Source: Tubulanus polymorphus (lineage: Eukaryota; Animalia; Nemertea). From it: a stretch of 64,000 nt of DNA. Location of the stretch: the NCBI RefSeq assembly GCF_964204645.1, contig NC_134027.1:14106485-14170484 (forward strand). Reading direction: 5' to 3'. A model generated the notes under the pieces. It made no database searches and was not told the origin of the DNA. It saw nothing but the letters and a program-made list of their open reading frames with translations. The position numbers and the translations under genes were made by a program. Positions 11,701-24,456 of the stretch are shown here, one piece after another (position 1 is the first letter of the stretch; every line of letters starts with the position of its first letter).

Positions 11701-13189
11701 ATAGGGGATGAGGCTCGGAAATTGGTGGAAACAGTCACTGACGAAACCAAGAAGAAATTCTATCAGGATGTTGTGAAGTTTTATTCAGCTGCCTGCACCT
11801 ACCTGAAGGAGAAGGTGAATCCAAAAAACCAGCCTCTTTGGAGTCGTGCTGAGGTAATATTCATTGAATTTGAGAACTCAAAAGAGTATTTATTCTTTCG
11901 TAATTGTATTGTTTCATAGACTAGTCAACTTTTGTGTAGGCCTAACGATTGATAATCAAATTTTTGTAGGTAGCTGATCCACTGATGCGTAAGGATCGTT
12001 CCAGTCAGTGATATACTTCATGGACAGATTCCCTGTAATTCTTGGAGATTACTTGGAAATCGAATACGCTGACTTCCAAACTTTGCATGATGATGATTTT
12101 CCATCTGGTTTCCATAGTCCACCAGCAAGGGCCGATGAAAAATCAAAAGAAGTGACTGTTGAGACACAATGGAAAATCATACATAAGATGTTGGATGATG
12201 CTGGGTCGATACGTTTCAGATTGCTGCCAAGGGTGATGTGTCATATATTGCTTGTACCAGTCAGTAATGCTGGCTGCGAAAGAATTTTTAGTTTCGTAAG
12301 GAAGAACCGTACGGATTCAAGAGCAGCTTTGGGTCAGAAGACCTTGCAGTCACTGATGGTTATGAAAACATCCACACAATGCAAAGACTTTCAACCATCC
12401 TCAGATTTGCTTAAGAAAGTGAAAAGTGCGACATATAATGCTTTGAATAATATTGATACAAACTAGATAATCTGAATGGTGACTTATGTCTCTGGTCTAT
12501 ATTGACTGACTCTTGTCTCTGAAAAAAAATGTGATAATCTCAAATTAGTAGAGTTATCAGTATTCTGGAGTTGAATCTAAATTAGATTTCAATAATAATA
12601 GTTGATTTGAATATTTTTTTATTTTAGCAAGATGAAAACAGTTAGAGTTGAAATTTGACCCATGACTGTAGTTGTATTTAAGTTAGGCAATCTATGTACA
12701 GTATGCCAGGACAGTATTTCCATTTTAAGGGTTTATATTGCAATCTGTCACATGACAGCTGTATAGTGTTATGTAATTCGTTTGACAATTTATGCCAGTT
12801 TTATGTTCTTATTTTTTAATCTATTGTATATTTTTGATAAACACTGTTCATTTTTATCTTTTATAAAATAATAAAGAAAAAATACATTCTGTAGAATTTG
12901 CTGATTTTTTATTTTGCTAATAGATAATTTCATCTTTCATAAAATAATAAAGAAAAAATACATTCTGCAGAACTTGCTTATTTTTTATTTCGCTGCTAGA
13001 TAATTCCATATTTTCATATCCAGCTTTCATATATTACACGTGAAAGGTATTCCTAATTGAAAGCAAAATATTCCTACTTGGAAAAGTCACAATTTCTTCG
13101 GTTTCGATATATTCCTATTGAAACCTTCAATATTTCTAATTAATCTGCCATTCATCCCTAAATGGAATTTTGAAAGGTTGGCAGCCCTG
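8734..13189 (+). mobile_element. hAT-superfamily DNA transposon with 6-bp TSD
   Basis: TIRs gAGGGCTGCCAACC (8734) / GGTTGGCAGCCCTG (13189). TTAGTC flanks both ends. Internal spliced transposase. Confidence 0.9.
9577..12466 (+). pseudogene. Spliced hAT transposase (approx. exons ~9600-10560, 10806-11176, 11304-11465, 11671-11853, 11971-12466)
   Basis: N-terminal C2H2/BED-like finger (YCDRC..SHGG..KH..TKH), CGRTKT, VDGST, CDNTN, RWLS, and C-terminal hAT dimerisation motif PVSNAGCERIFS. In-frame TGA near 11365. Confidence 0.88.
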
Positions 13190-14371
13190 TTAGTCTTAAC
13201 TTTTAAAACTTTGAAGTGGATATTTAGTGGATATCTTAAATCACTGTGACTTTAAACCACTAGAAATCCAGTTTTACCAAACCGATTGTGAAAAATAAAC
13301 TCTCTTTACAATCCTCAAACATTCAGTTTTCTTATTATATTAATTCGGAGGTTCCTTCATCATAGTCCGTGCTTGATGCGATATAAATACAGAAATAGCA
13401 AAAATGACACAATTTTTATCACTTTGAAACTAGGCATTGTAACATTGTAGTTCGTTAGCAACAAGACACTTGAACGATGCGTGTCTCATCGCTAAACAGC
13501 GGATCATTTTTGTATCTTAAATTTAATCGTACTTAAATCGGTTTTACCCTCAAACAAATATAATGAACAAACACAAAAGGTCATAAGGTTAGTGTAGATA
13601 GTTTATTTATCAAAATCAGTTGTTTATTTGCCGAGATATCGCAGTTTGAACACAGGCAAAAATGCCGACAGAAGTTGTGTCGGCAAAAGTCACGCGAATT
13701 TGAATGAACGTGTCTGGGTGGGTGGTTACACAGGATCGTAGAGCAACGTAGATACACTGTGGAGACAGCCACTGCCAGAACTGGGTGAACATTATCCATG
13801 ATGCAACTGTTTTACCCATGATCCAATGCGCATCCCTCGTCTACGTATACTATACAGAAAGGCTGGAAACGCTCCTATCTCCGTAATGCTTAAATCTACC
13901 CGCAAATATCTGGACAGATGACGTCACAGCAATCCCGAAGAGGCATCGCGAATTTTCAAAAATCAATTTTGTTGTCAGTTAAAATCTTTAACAATGGAGC
14001 TAAAACAGTGTCAATGTTTCCAAAAAAATCATCTACAATTGAAATTATGTGCGCTCCTTATATTTCAGGATTAAAATTGACACTAAGGACGCACTTCGGC
14101 AATCATCGGCAGTGTTCGGCTGTCCCGATAATTGCGGGTAGATTCAAGCATTACGGAGATAGGATCGTTTCCAGCCTTTCTGTATAGTATAGTCAAATGA
14201 CGGGCACGCGTTGCATCATGGGTAAAATATAATAAAACATGGCGGATTATCGAAGTAGGAACAACGTATCGCTGGTGAATTATTAAATATTTTTCCATTA
14301 TCAAAGCCCATTCAAGTGCCTGTGCTTTGCATTCAGAGATAAACAACAATTTTTACTAAAAAAGGTTGTTT

Positions 14372-14590
14372 TTGTTTTCATTTATGAGCGATAGTTTACT
14401 CAGCATACGCTCGCGTAATGCTGATAAATCCGCTCCGCGGACGCTCGGAATCATTACAGTGACGCCATCAACTGCTCATTAGCATATAAAAATATAGTAG
14501 GTGGCCCCACGTGATGGGCCATAAAAGCCGTTTTTCAGCATAACGCGAGCGTATGCTAGGTAAACTATCGCTGATAGATGAAAATACAAA
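14372..14590. mobile_element. Palindromic MITE
   Basis: ~50-bp imperfect inverted repeats TTTTCATTTATGAGCGATAGTTTACTCAGCATACGCTCGCG / CGCGAGCGTATGCTAGGTAAACTATCGCTGATAGATGAAAA. Confidence 0.7.
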
Positions 14591-14616
14591 CAAATCTATG
14601 CCACTTCATGATTTTA

Positions 14617-16600
14617 GTCGGCCCGACGTCCAAATAAAGTCGGCAAGATGGTCGGCCCTTAGTCGGTGTCGTAGTCGTCCCACCGTCGGGAGTGCTCGTC
14701 GAGAAGTGGTCGGCCCGAGATCAGTTTACGTCACTTTGCCGACGTTTTGCGGACTGGCTTATAGTATGTCCGTCAGTTCCCCGACCGTTTGCCAACCTCA
14801 TCCGACCGTATTCTGACCAAACCCCGTCCATATTTGTCGATTCCCCGACTGTTTGCCAATGTCATCCAGGAACTGAGTTTGAGGAACCTCTTCCATAAGA
14901 TACCTGAGACAACTATAGAGAATTACATGTACAAGTGCTTTTCCTTTAGTAGCAAAACAAAAATCAATACATAATTTTGAACAGTTTACATAGATTTTGA
15001 GATAAACTATAAAAGTAATAAAATAGAAATTTACTGTCACTATTTTTCAACTTGAAAAGCATTACTTTGATTGATTACAACGATTTTGAACTATGTCTAA
15101 GACATTATTAACAAATAAACAAAGCAATATCTGTATGATTAATGCCTGTATGATATGCACTCTTAGATGACTCATCTAAGTGTTTTTTAAGAATTTTAGA
15201 AAAATCCACACTTTTTCTAATAAGTATCACATAATACAAAAATAAATCCTTTCATACTACATACATAATGGTAAGATCTGTATTAAAGCAGGGGACACTC
15301 ATATGAATTGTTATGTATACAGGTTTCAACTGCTGTTTAATTCTTTGCCAAAACTACAGAATTATTAGGATTTTAGCATGTTTAAGCAAGTTTGATGCAT
15401 CCCCAATTCCCTCATTCACCGCTCAATCATTGTTGGAGTCTTTTATGAGAAGGGATCATCTGTACAACTTCTAAAAATGTCACCAGTTATTAAGTCCTGA
15501 CTGTATATCATCGAGTGAAGCTTTGGGAAGTGATATCACACTCTTCGACGTTGTACTGTTGTAGAACATGCCCCAACATCCTTTCCTCACGAAATTTCTC
15601 GATTGCTGTGACAAGCCTAAAAGAAAAATAAACTGGTATAATAATTGTATTCATAAATTGTATCAACTTCATAGAGATCATAGTAATGAGTCAGTTTAGG
15701 TCTAGCTAAAGTCTATTCTTTTCGTCAGGGATCGCGATTTTTGGGGATATTTCTCATTTTCAGTCCAACAGCGTAGGCAGCAGCCTAGTACTAGCTCAAA
15801 ATGCCCTAAAACCTGATGATGTATCCATGATATCACCTATTAAACCTGAGTCAATCAATTTGTAATCATAATAACATAACAGTTCTAATAACCTAATCAT
15901 TTTAAGTGTTATTTCAGCAATAAAATGCATTGAATTTGATGTTGCTTCAAATAGGCCTTAACATTGAAGCAACTCAGCCGCAAATATGAAATACCATGTA
16001 AATACAATAACACTTACCGAATGTAACACTTGTAATTACACTTGTTACAACTAGAAGACTGATGAATAGCGATTTTGATAACAAAGAATACGAACAAAAG
16101 AGCGAACAGAACGGAACCAAAATGGCGGCGGAAGATCTGCGCACCACGCCGGCCTCGTTAAAAAGAAAACTTTCAATTTTTTATTCAGTTTAACAACCTT
16201 TATTAATAACATATAATCAAACGTATATGTGTATCGTTGATTAATAACTGAGGTATTGATATCGTCCTTATTGAGGCCTAAATAATTCTCAAATGGGGCG
16301 AAAGAGGGCACCACCATCTTGGTCGGCATAAGGTTAACGGGCCAACGTTGGCCCGACGACAAAAAGATGACCGTATCAAGAATTAATGATTTTGAAACAA
16401 AACTACACTATACATATACCTACATAATATTTACTATCATATATTATGCTTAAATTAGAGTGAATGCATCACAAATAAGTATTTGCCCGGCCGGGGTCGG
16501 CGTGGAAACGTCGGCCCGACGGCGAAACCGACTCCTTGCCGATCCACGTCCAAATGCCGACTTCGTCTGACTCAATGCGGACTAGAAATGTTAACTGGGT
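14617..16600. mobile_element. Probable non-autonomous EnSpm/CACTA-like element (left end not identified)
   Basis: Clusters of short GTCGG/CCGAC subterminal repeats at 14617-14860 and 16480-16580. Terminus TGTTAACTGGG at 16590-16600 (CCCAG-type end). Confidence 0.5.
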
Positions 16601-16989
16601 TATTAACGAAATTACGAACCAAAACGTTGCATGGAGAGCAGGTGTGACAGACAGTAGTAAGTTACCTAATCGTTGGTGGTAGGCTTTTTATGGGCTGATA
16701 CCAACATTAGGGAAGAGGGCCAAAACACGGTTGAAAAAAGTAACACTTCAAAAATATACTTTCTATTGACCTCAGTCCACAATTATTGGCTTAATTCACG
16801 AACTAACAGAGGTACCTTTTGAAATAATCCAATTTTATGTATGTTTTGAGCGATTAATCAACATTATTTGGAGAAATTAATTAATTTCTCCATAAATTCC
16901 GCCATTTCTCTGTATTGCATACATGAGGCATGTTAGACAAGGTGACCTACACGGATTTATATAAAACTTCCAAAACGAAATATATTTGA

Positions 16990-18626
16990 TCAGGCAATTA
17001 TGACGCAATTGGCGGCCGTCTTGGGGTGTCATCATTACTCATTCGTAGGTTGAATAAAGTTTTTCCACATTATATTGATACTTAAGCAAATTTTGTTACC
17101 ACGATCTATTGGAAAGTTGTAGCTCACGACATGGTCTATCGATCGTGGTGAGTTTCAAAGTCATTGGTTTTTGTATATGGCTACCAGGGGGCGTTGAACA
17201 ATTCAATAACTTAATATTTCTATATTACATTCGTACCTATGCATATTTTGGTACTGCAATCAATTGGAAAGTTGTAGTTCATGAAATGGTCTATGATCGT
17301 GGTGAGTTTCAAGGTCATTGGTTTTTTCATATGGCCACCACGGGGCGTTGAACACTGCAATAACAGTATTCACCTATAATATATTCGTACCTATGCATAT
17401 TTTGTTACCACAATCAATTGGAAAGTTGTAGCACATGATATGGTCTATGATTGCGGTGAGTTTCAAGGACATTAGTTATTCTACATGGTCACCAGGGGGC
17501 GTTGAATAGTAGAATAACTTAGTATTTCCTTATTAGATTGGTACCTAGGCATATCTTGTTACCATGATCAATTGCAAAGTTGTAGTTTATGACATGTTCT
17601 ATTATTGTGGTGAGCTTCAAGGTCATTGGGTCTTGCATATGGTCACCAGGGGGCATTGAATAGTAGAATTACTCAGTATTTCCATATTAAATTGGTAACG
17701 AGGCATATTTTGTTATCACAATCAATTACAAAATCGTAACTGCTGACACTTTCTATGATTGTAGTGAGTTTCAAGGTCATTGGATTTTGTATCAGGGATG
17801 AGAATTCCCCGCGGATCCGCGGTTTCCCGCGGATTTCGGTATTGAAAAATATCAATTTTCCAAATAGTCCAAAAATGATGTAAAAGTATGGGGGGGGATG
17901 ATCTCACTCAATTGGTCTGGCGCGATCGGTAATCAGGTGAACCGTAAAAGCGTTCAGTGCCTGTTTTACTCATCGTCACGTAAAAGTATCGTATTTCAAT
18001 GCATATTGATTGCAACACGGTGATTTTGTATCTACATTTGTACTACGATCTTGATGAGTGTGTATGTATTTTATCGATCGGTTGCCGAACCGCGCGTGCG
18101 GCAACAGAAGTAATGTATATAGGCCTACTTACTGTTGCCGCGCGTGTGTGGCGAACGTCTTCGGATATTATACACTACTGGGTGATGATTTTTAGTGAGC
18201 ATTCATCGGCGCATATTTACTGCAATAATTCAGGGCTCGACCCATATTGCATGAGATGTTGAATGTCATCGAATGAGGATGTACCTCATTGGAACTAGCC
18301 ATTACCTTCCAAAATATAATAGTCGTTCATGGGTTCAAGATCGCTCTAAGTGCTCGGAAAACGCATTTAATTTCTAAAATTTTCTTGGGGGAGGGCCGCC
18401 AAACCTCCCGAAATAGCTTCGCGCCTACGGCGCTCGCTAGTGCTGACGGCTATACCGTCAACTTGTTTGCGTGTGTAACTCAAGAAAAAAAACCCGCGGA
18501 TTTTACAGGTCGGCGATCTCATCCCTGTTGTATATTGTCGCCAGGGGGCATTGAATATTGAAATTGTTAGATTGTTGAGCATTGGAAACCACTTCTCAAG
18601 TGGGCATGGTGTCCATGGACCCCTAG
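16990..18626 (+). mobile_element. Helitron/Helentron-like non-autonomous element with internal 154-bp tandem array (5' end not defined)
   Basis: GGTGAGTTTCAA-like landmark at 17147, 17301, 17455, 17609, 17763. Hairpin CATGG-TGT-CCATG followed by CTAG|T at 18623-18627. Related copy at ~59393-59630. Confidence 0.6.
17793..18527. mobile_element. hAT-like MITE with 6-bp TSD inserted in the 154-bp array
   Basis: TIR CAGGGATGAGA / TCTCATCCCTG. TTGTAT at 17787-17792 and 18528-18533. The interrupted monomer resumes after the element. Confidence 0.88.
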
Positions 18627-19671
18627 TTTTATTTCCTTAAAAGGTTACATTCAGTAATCAGGTTATTAATTCACAAACAAGTCAGATCTGCACCATAAAA
18701 TACAACACAATCTTCTGAACGTTGCCCGGCTGGTTTTTTCCTAACGCGAGCACTAGTTCTATGACGAATGACAGGCTCCTCATTTGACTCGACATTATCT
18801 ACTGATGCATTGTTTGAAGCCTCTGCAGCTACTTCATTTCCCAGTCAAATTATTTATTAGCAGACTCAGATTTCGTTAGGGTAACTCACTGTAATTTCGG
18901 AAGACCACGTAAGTTTGGAAGGTTTCTTTTCCGGCCTCAACGCGAGAGCAGAGAGGGAATACCTATTCGGAATAGGTTAAATTTGAAAAAGGGGAGGTAG
19001 GTTGGTATTTCCTGGGAATTCCGCGGGATACCGCGCCATTTTGATGACGTAGTACGCATTTCTTCCTGGCACACGAATTCAGCGCGGCAGATTGCTAAAG
19101 TCGGTCACGTAAGTACATTATTGATTCGCCCCGCTTTTACGGCATTTCGCGGCAGCCGATACGCAAACACTGCCGAGAAGTTCTAGGAAGTCGATAGTTT
19201 TTTTATAAACATTCATTTTCTATCAGAATACGCTAATTCATAAAAAACGGCGATTTTTAAAAACTTGCACGCATCCACATAATTTTGGAAATATTTCACC
19301 CGGCTTTCACGGTTCCACCACGTAATTTCGGAAGTTCCGAAATTATGTCTGATTGTAATTGCGTATATTTAAACAGCTGTTTTTCCTAGAAATGAACGAT
19401 TGTATAGCAGATTCGAAGCAACGAAATGCTTTTTTTTTACATCAAAATCGAATTTATTTAAGCGCTAGGCCTAACATCGTCGCAAGTGACTGCTGTAGCC
19501 TATAGCCTATTTAAATGAAAAACAAAATGGGATGATAAATAGGCGTACTTAGAACACAAATCGAAGGTCCTAACACTAGCTACAGCTTTTTTATCTGTCC
19601 CTAAAGGACAGCGCCCTTTACTTATACTCTGTATGAGGTCTAGCATTAATTAATTTAGTTTATTTTTCAGA

Positions 19672-21890
19672 ATGCCAAAGGTTTATTGTAAATGGATGGA
19701 GGACCAAATGACTCAAGCAATCGAAGCTGTAAAATCTGGCTCGTCAATCTTAAGAGCGGCCAATGATTTTTCTCTCCCGAAATCAACCCTGCATGACAGG
19801 ATTAGTGGTAAAGTCTGCCATATGACAGCAAGATTAGGCCGGCCCACTCATTTCAGCTTGGCAAGACGAGACCAAACTAGCCGACTTCGCTAAAAACCGA
19901 GCTGATCTGGATTATGGTTATTCAAAAAACAATTTTTTTAAGATATGCTGGTGATTTGGCCCTAAAACGCGGCATACCTTTCCAGGAGGTATGTCAACAT
20001 AGTGTGATCTTTTAATTCTCATCTTGCTATAATTATAAGTTTATGTATATTTTGTCTATTAGGCCTACCCGGTATGTATTGTAGGTGGTTCCTAGTGACC
20101 AGTTTTGGGCTGGTTTCAAAGTGAGGCACCCGAGTGTCACTCTGAGGAAACCGGAAGGCGCTGCTGCTGTTAGGCACCAATGCATGAATGTAAAAAAAGT
20201 AGGCAGCTATTTCAAGGCCATCCAGAGTGCATTGGCAGGTATTCAGCCAATGTACATCTGGAACCTTGACGAAACCGGGGTCCAGCTGACCCACGTACCG
20301 GGGAAAATCGCAGCAAGGTAGAGCAAATTGATGATTTTTGATGTTACAAACTGGCGAATTACACTGATCTTATTACAACTATATTCTTATTGTTAATATA
20401 TCATCTAGAAACAGAGTTAAATTTTACAATTCTCTGCTGATACCTTAATGAATAGGCCTACTTGGTTTTTCAGAATAGGAAGCAAGTACGGTCAGTCATG
20501 GATAAGCGGAAACTGGGAGATGATTACTGTTATGGCATGTGGTAATGCCTCAGGTCAAATGCTGGCACCACACATCTTATTCAAAGGAAAAACTGTCGCT
20601 TCGCTGCAATCGGTGGATTTGGTAAATGTTCCGGCTGGAACTACTCTGTCAGTTTCAGAAACAGGGTGGACTAAACAGGTATTTATTAAAACAACAAAAA
20701 TATTAAACAATTATTTGAAATCCACCATATCCTAACCATTAAATGTATTTTATCTTTCAATTTTCTAGGGTATTGCCACACTTTGGTTTCGAGAAAGCTT
20801 CCTTCCGGCAATCGGACAAACACGTCCACAAATATTAATTTCAGATGGCCATAATAGTCACAACTTCCTAGAACTCATCAAATTAGCCAGAAAGAACGAA
20901 ATCCCTCTAGTTGAGTTGCCGGAGCATACATCACACTGGCTGCAACCCCTAGATAGGTAATAGCACAATCTTTTTCTTAACTCTTTGTAGTGTATTCTAG
21001 CAATAATATTAATTTATTTTTACATAAACATAACGTGTTTCAAGACTTTAAAATCAAGCTGGAACCGCTTATGTCAAGAATTCTCCAATGATTACCCGGG
21101 GAGAGTGATAAACAAAAACTGCTTCTTCGAAATATTTCGCAAGGCTTGGCAGAGCATTTCACCAGATATGCTTATCAATGGTTTAAGGTCTTGCGGGATA
21201 TTTCCTTTCAACCCATATGCCATACCAAACGAGGCGTACTTACCGTCTATAACAACTGTTCGCGATATAGTGAGTTATACATTCATATATGTATTGTATC
21301 GGTTAAAATGTCCTGATATATAAGTGTCTAGTATTTATTTATATTCAGATATCAGATCCTGCTTCATTATTGCCAATCCAATCATTTGAATTGAATCAAA
21401 ATCCACAAAGCGAGGTAGGCCCTAACATATTACAATTATGCAATTTTGCAATAGAATTTGAGAAATTTTCGTTTTTCTTGATGAATTTTGTTCCATTTAC
21501 ACTAATAACAGTTGACGATAGCGTTATGATTGCTTTAACAAACTTTTAGAATTATTTCTGTGTTTCAGCATTTTTCTGTCCTCGGAAAGCTGCTACATGC
21601 AAGATATCCTTTTAAAAACCTGAATAAACCTGAATAAATTTGCAAAAAACTGAAATGAATTTAATTCTAAATATTTTATTTTAACTTTTGAAAATTAGTG
21701 AAAGGTACTTTTACCGTGTGATGTTATTTTTTTCAGGCTCTACCAGTGAATAATCCTCATTCTTGTAATACTGCGCAACAGGCGTTAGAGTCGGTTATCT
21801 CACCTGAAATAAAAATACAATTTGAACATCGTTACAATGAGGGATATGATGTTGCGGGAGATTCCCTGTATGAAGCATGGAAATGTAATG
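19672..21890 (+). pseudogene. Spliced pogo/Tigger (CENP-B-like) transposase relic
   Basis: HTH-psq-like AIEAVKSGSSILRAANDFSLPKSTLHDRISGK; DDE_1 motifs WNLDETG, ITVMACGNASG, ISDGHNSH, LQPLD; GIFPFNP. Frameshifts present. GTAATTTCGGAAG repeats from ~18884 may mark the left end. Confidence 0.85.
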
Positions 21891-23057
21891 TAATAGGTAA
21901 TTGAGTGCTAATTAACTAAAAAGGTATTCTGTCCGTAAATATTTTATTAGGATTTTGAAAATTTATGTGCAGAAGAATAAATTAAATTTTTGAACTCTTG
22001 ACCTTACGGCTGCAAGTCACTCAACCAAGCACAAGACCATTCAGACTGCATAAATATGCGAATGCTTACACGATGACGTAATGTGCTACAAAATGCCAAA
22101 TGGGCAGAATGCATTATTAGTCTCCTAGGGATGTAAGAGAAATCTAGCAAAGGAAAACTTGGTTAATAACGATTATGGTGGATAATCGAATATCAATTTC
22201 AGATATCTGTGCTTCAGCAATTTAAGGAAAAAAGTGAAAATTGTTGAAAAGCACGAGACAAATCTACTACTATAATGCAGCTAGTGGCAGATTCATTATG
22301 TACAGCAACACTAGGAATTTCTTCATCCATATTTTCATCTTCATCATGTTTAGCAGAACCAACCGGATTCATTTCATCCGAGTTGGGAAATTCTGAAAAT
22401 ATTTACAATCAATAGGTCAATGTTTCCTAAAATTTACAGGGGCTAGTTGTGCAAATGTTGGTTGAAGATAACTGCGAGTAAATACCATACTAACTATAAG
22501 CATGTAATTGTCCCTATGTCAACTACCCACTGGCTAGACTCTAACCAATGTTTGAGCAACTGAACCCAGGAATTGATTTAACCAACTCAAGAGACCACAG
22601 ATTTTTCTCAGAATTAAGTAGATAGTTGGCGGAGGTATGATTTAGGATTAGAATGACTAATGAATTGATAACTTCTTGGATAAGCGACATAGATCTACAT
22701 AGCTACAAAAATAAGGTTCATCCTCCTGTCATTAGGCGCGTTCACAAAACGTTATTTAGACCAGTCTATATTTGGTCTCGTCCAGTCTAGACCGGACAAA
22801 GTATTTACAAAGATAAAAATTCTGTTGCAAATTGGACTGTCGTGTGATGACAAGTTGTACAGTCAAATTTTTTATGCATGTTGCTTTTAAGCGATAATTA
22901 GTTAGAGAAAAATTCATAAGAAAATCTTCAAAAACCAAAGACTGTAGAGTGGGAACAATCTCTGCCCGTACGCACACTAACAATGTCAATACCCCTCGAG
23001 GCCTGTGGCCAAGGGGTTAAAAGTAATGACATTACTTAGCCTAGTTCTGAATCTTAC

Positions 23058-23975
23058 CTCGCCACCATAAATGTTGACCATCACCATAATCATGTCGCCA
23101 TTCATCACCAATATCAATATCATTTGTGGCAAAGAGACACAAATGAGACACACCAAATCTGCTGACTTTCTTCATGACACAGTTACTCAATTTATGGGTT
23201 GCATCATTGATCATCCTTGCCATGGCTGATGTGGTATGTGTGGCATCAACACTGAAAAAACATTTCATTTTGATTGCTATTTGTCAAAAATTTTTATCAT
23301 TTATTCATCCAGTATGTGAAATCCATGCAATAACAAAACAATTATCCAATTAATTGTTAAAAATGAAACTTGTTTTAAAAAAATAGCCCCTAATGATCAC
23401 TCACACTCAAGTTGCTTTCCCACTTGATAAAAGTACATATAACAATGTTTTGAACGATACCCCTTCTCCGGCTTTGTAGCTTCTTCACCATTTATACATT
23501 CACCACGATACTCCAGAACAAAATCTCCTTTTCTGAGGTCTCTAAGACTGAACACACCGAAGTCACTACAGATGATAATAGTATAAGATCTATGAGATAA
23601 AGATTTTTCAGATAGCTTTTACGGCTGCAACAAGACAATATAATGATGACGTAATACACTTTGATGTATGGATTATGGATACCAGCGATGCAAGATACTA
23701 GTCAAAGGGTATAAACCTTCATATTATAATATTATCAATATTAATATGATAGGAAATCAAGGAAAAATCAAGGGAAAATAAGATATAGACCTAGTCAAGA
23801 CAAAATTGCTACTGAAAATAAAGAAAACAGAAGGCATGAAAGGAAAAACCGCCTACTTATTTCATTATTAACAGATTTTACTTCAAAACCAATGGGATCA
23901 CAGGAGTTATCAATGTACTCTTGACAAACTTTCGATGGCGGTACCCTTCTCCTTTTCCTCTTCAAATGTATTATA
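23058..23975 (-). pseudogene. SET-domain (PR-Set7/SETD8-like) methyltransferase relic, three exons (~23975-23857, 23565-23406, 23251-23058)
   Basis: RRRVPPSKVCQEYIDNSCDPIGFEVK / FGVFSLRDLRKGDFVLEYRGE..YMYF / VDAT..ARMIND..NCVMK..HLCLFATNDIDIGDEWRHDYG..WWR. GT-AG boundaries, with phases off by one nt. Possible acidic exon downstream at ~22280-22395. Confidence 0.85.
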
Positions 23976-23977
23976 CA

Positions 23978-24456
23978 CTAGCTGAATACCCGTCCAATGG
24001 ACGGCGCATAAATCCTGTTATTTTTTGCTACCAAAAATCATAAATTAATTGGCTGGGAAATAAATCTAAATGCTTCACATGTTAAGAGTTCTTGGAACCA
24101 ACCCCACACTTCCCCTACCCGTCTCACCTGTCAGTGGTACAAACCCGTCCAATGGACGGCGCATAAATCCTGTTATTTTTTGCTACCAAAAATCATAAAT
24201 TAATTGGCTGGGAAATAAATCTAAATGCTTCACATGTTAAGAGTTCTTGGAACCAACCCCACACTTCCCCTACCCGTCTCACCTGTCAGTGGTACAAACC
24301 CGTCCAATGGACGGCGCATAAATCCTGTTATTTTTTGCTACCAAAAATCATAAATTAATTGGCTGGGAAATAAATCTAAATGCTTCACATGTTAAGAGTT
24401 CTTGGAACCAACCCCACACTTCCCCTACCCGTCTCACCTGTCAGTGGTACAAACCC
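23978..24456 (-). mobile_element. Helitron 3' end with its terminal 155-bp segment repeated three times
   Basis: Minus strand reads CCGTCC-ATT-GGACGG hairpin, GTATTCAG, then CTAG|T. Apparently identical 155-bp units start at 23988, 24143, 24298. Possible 5' end A|TCTATATAT at 25160. Confidence 0.7.
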
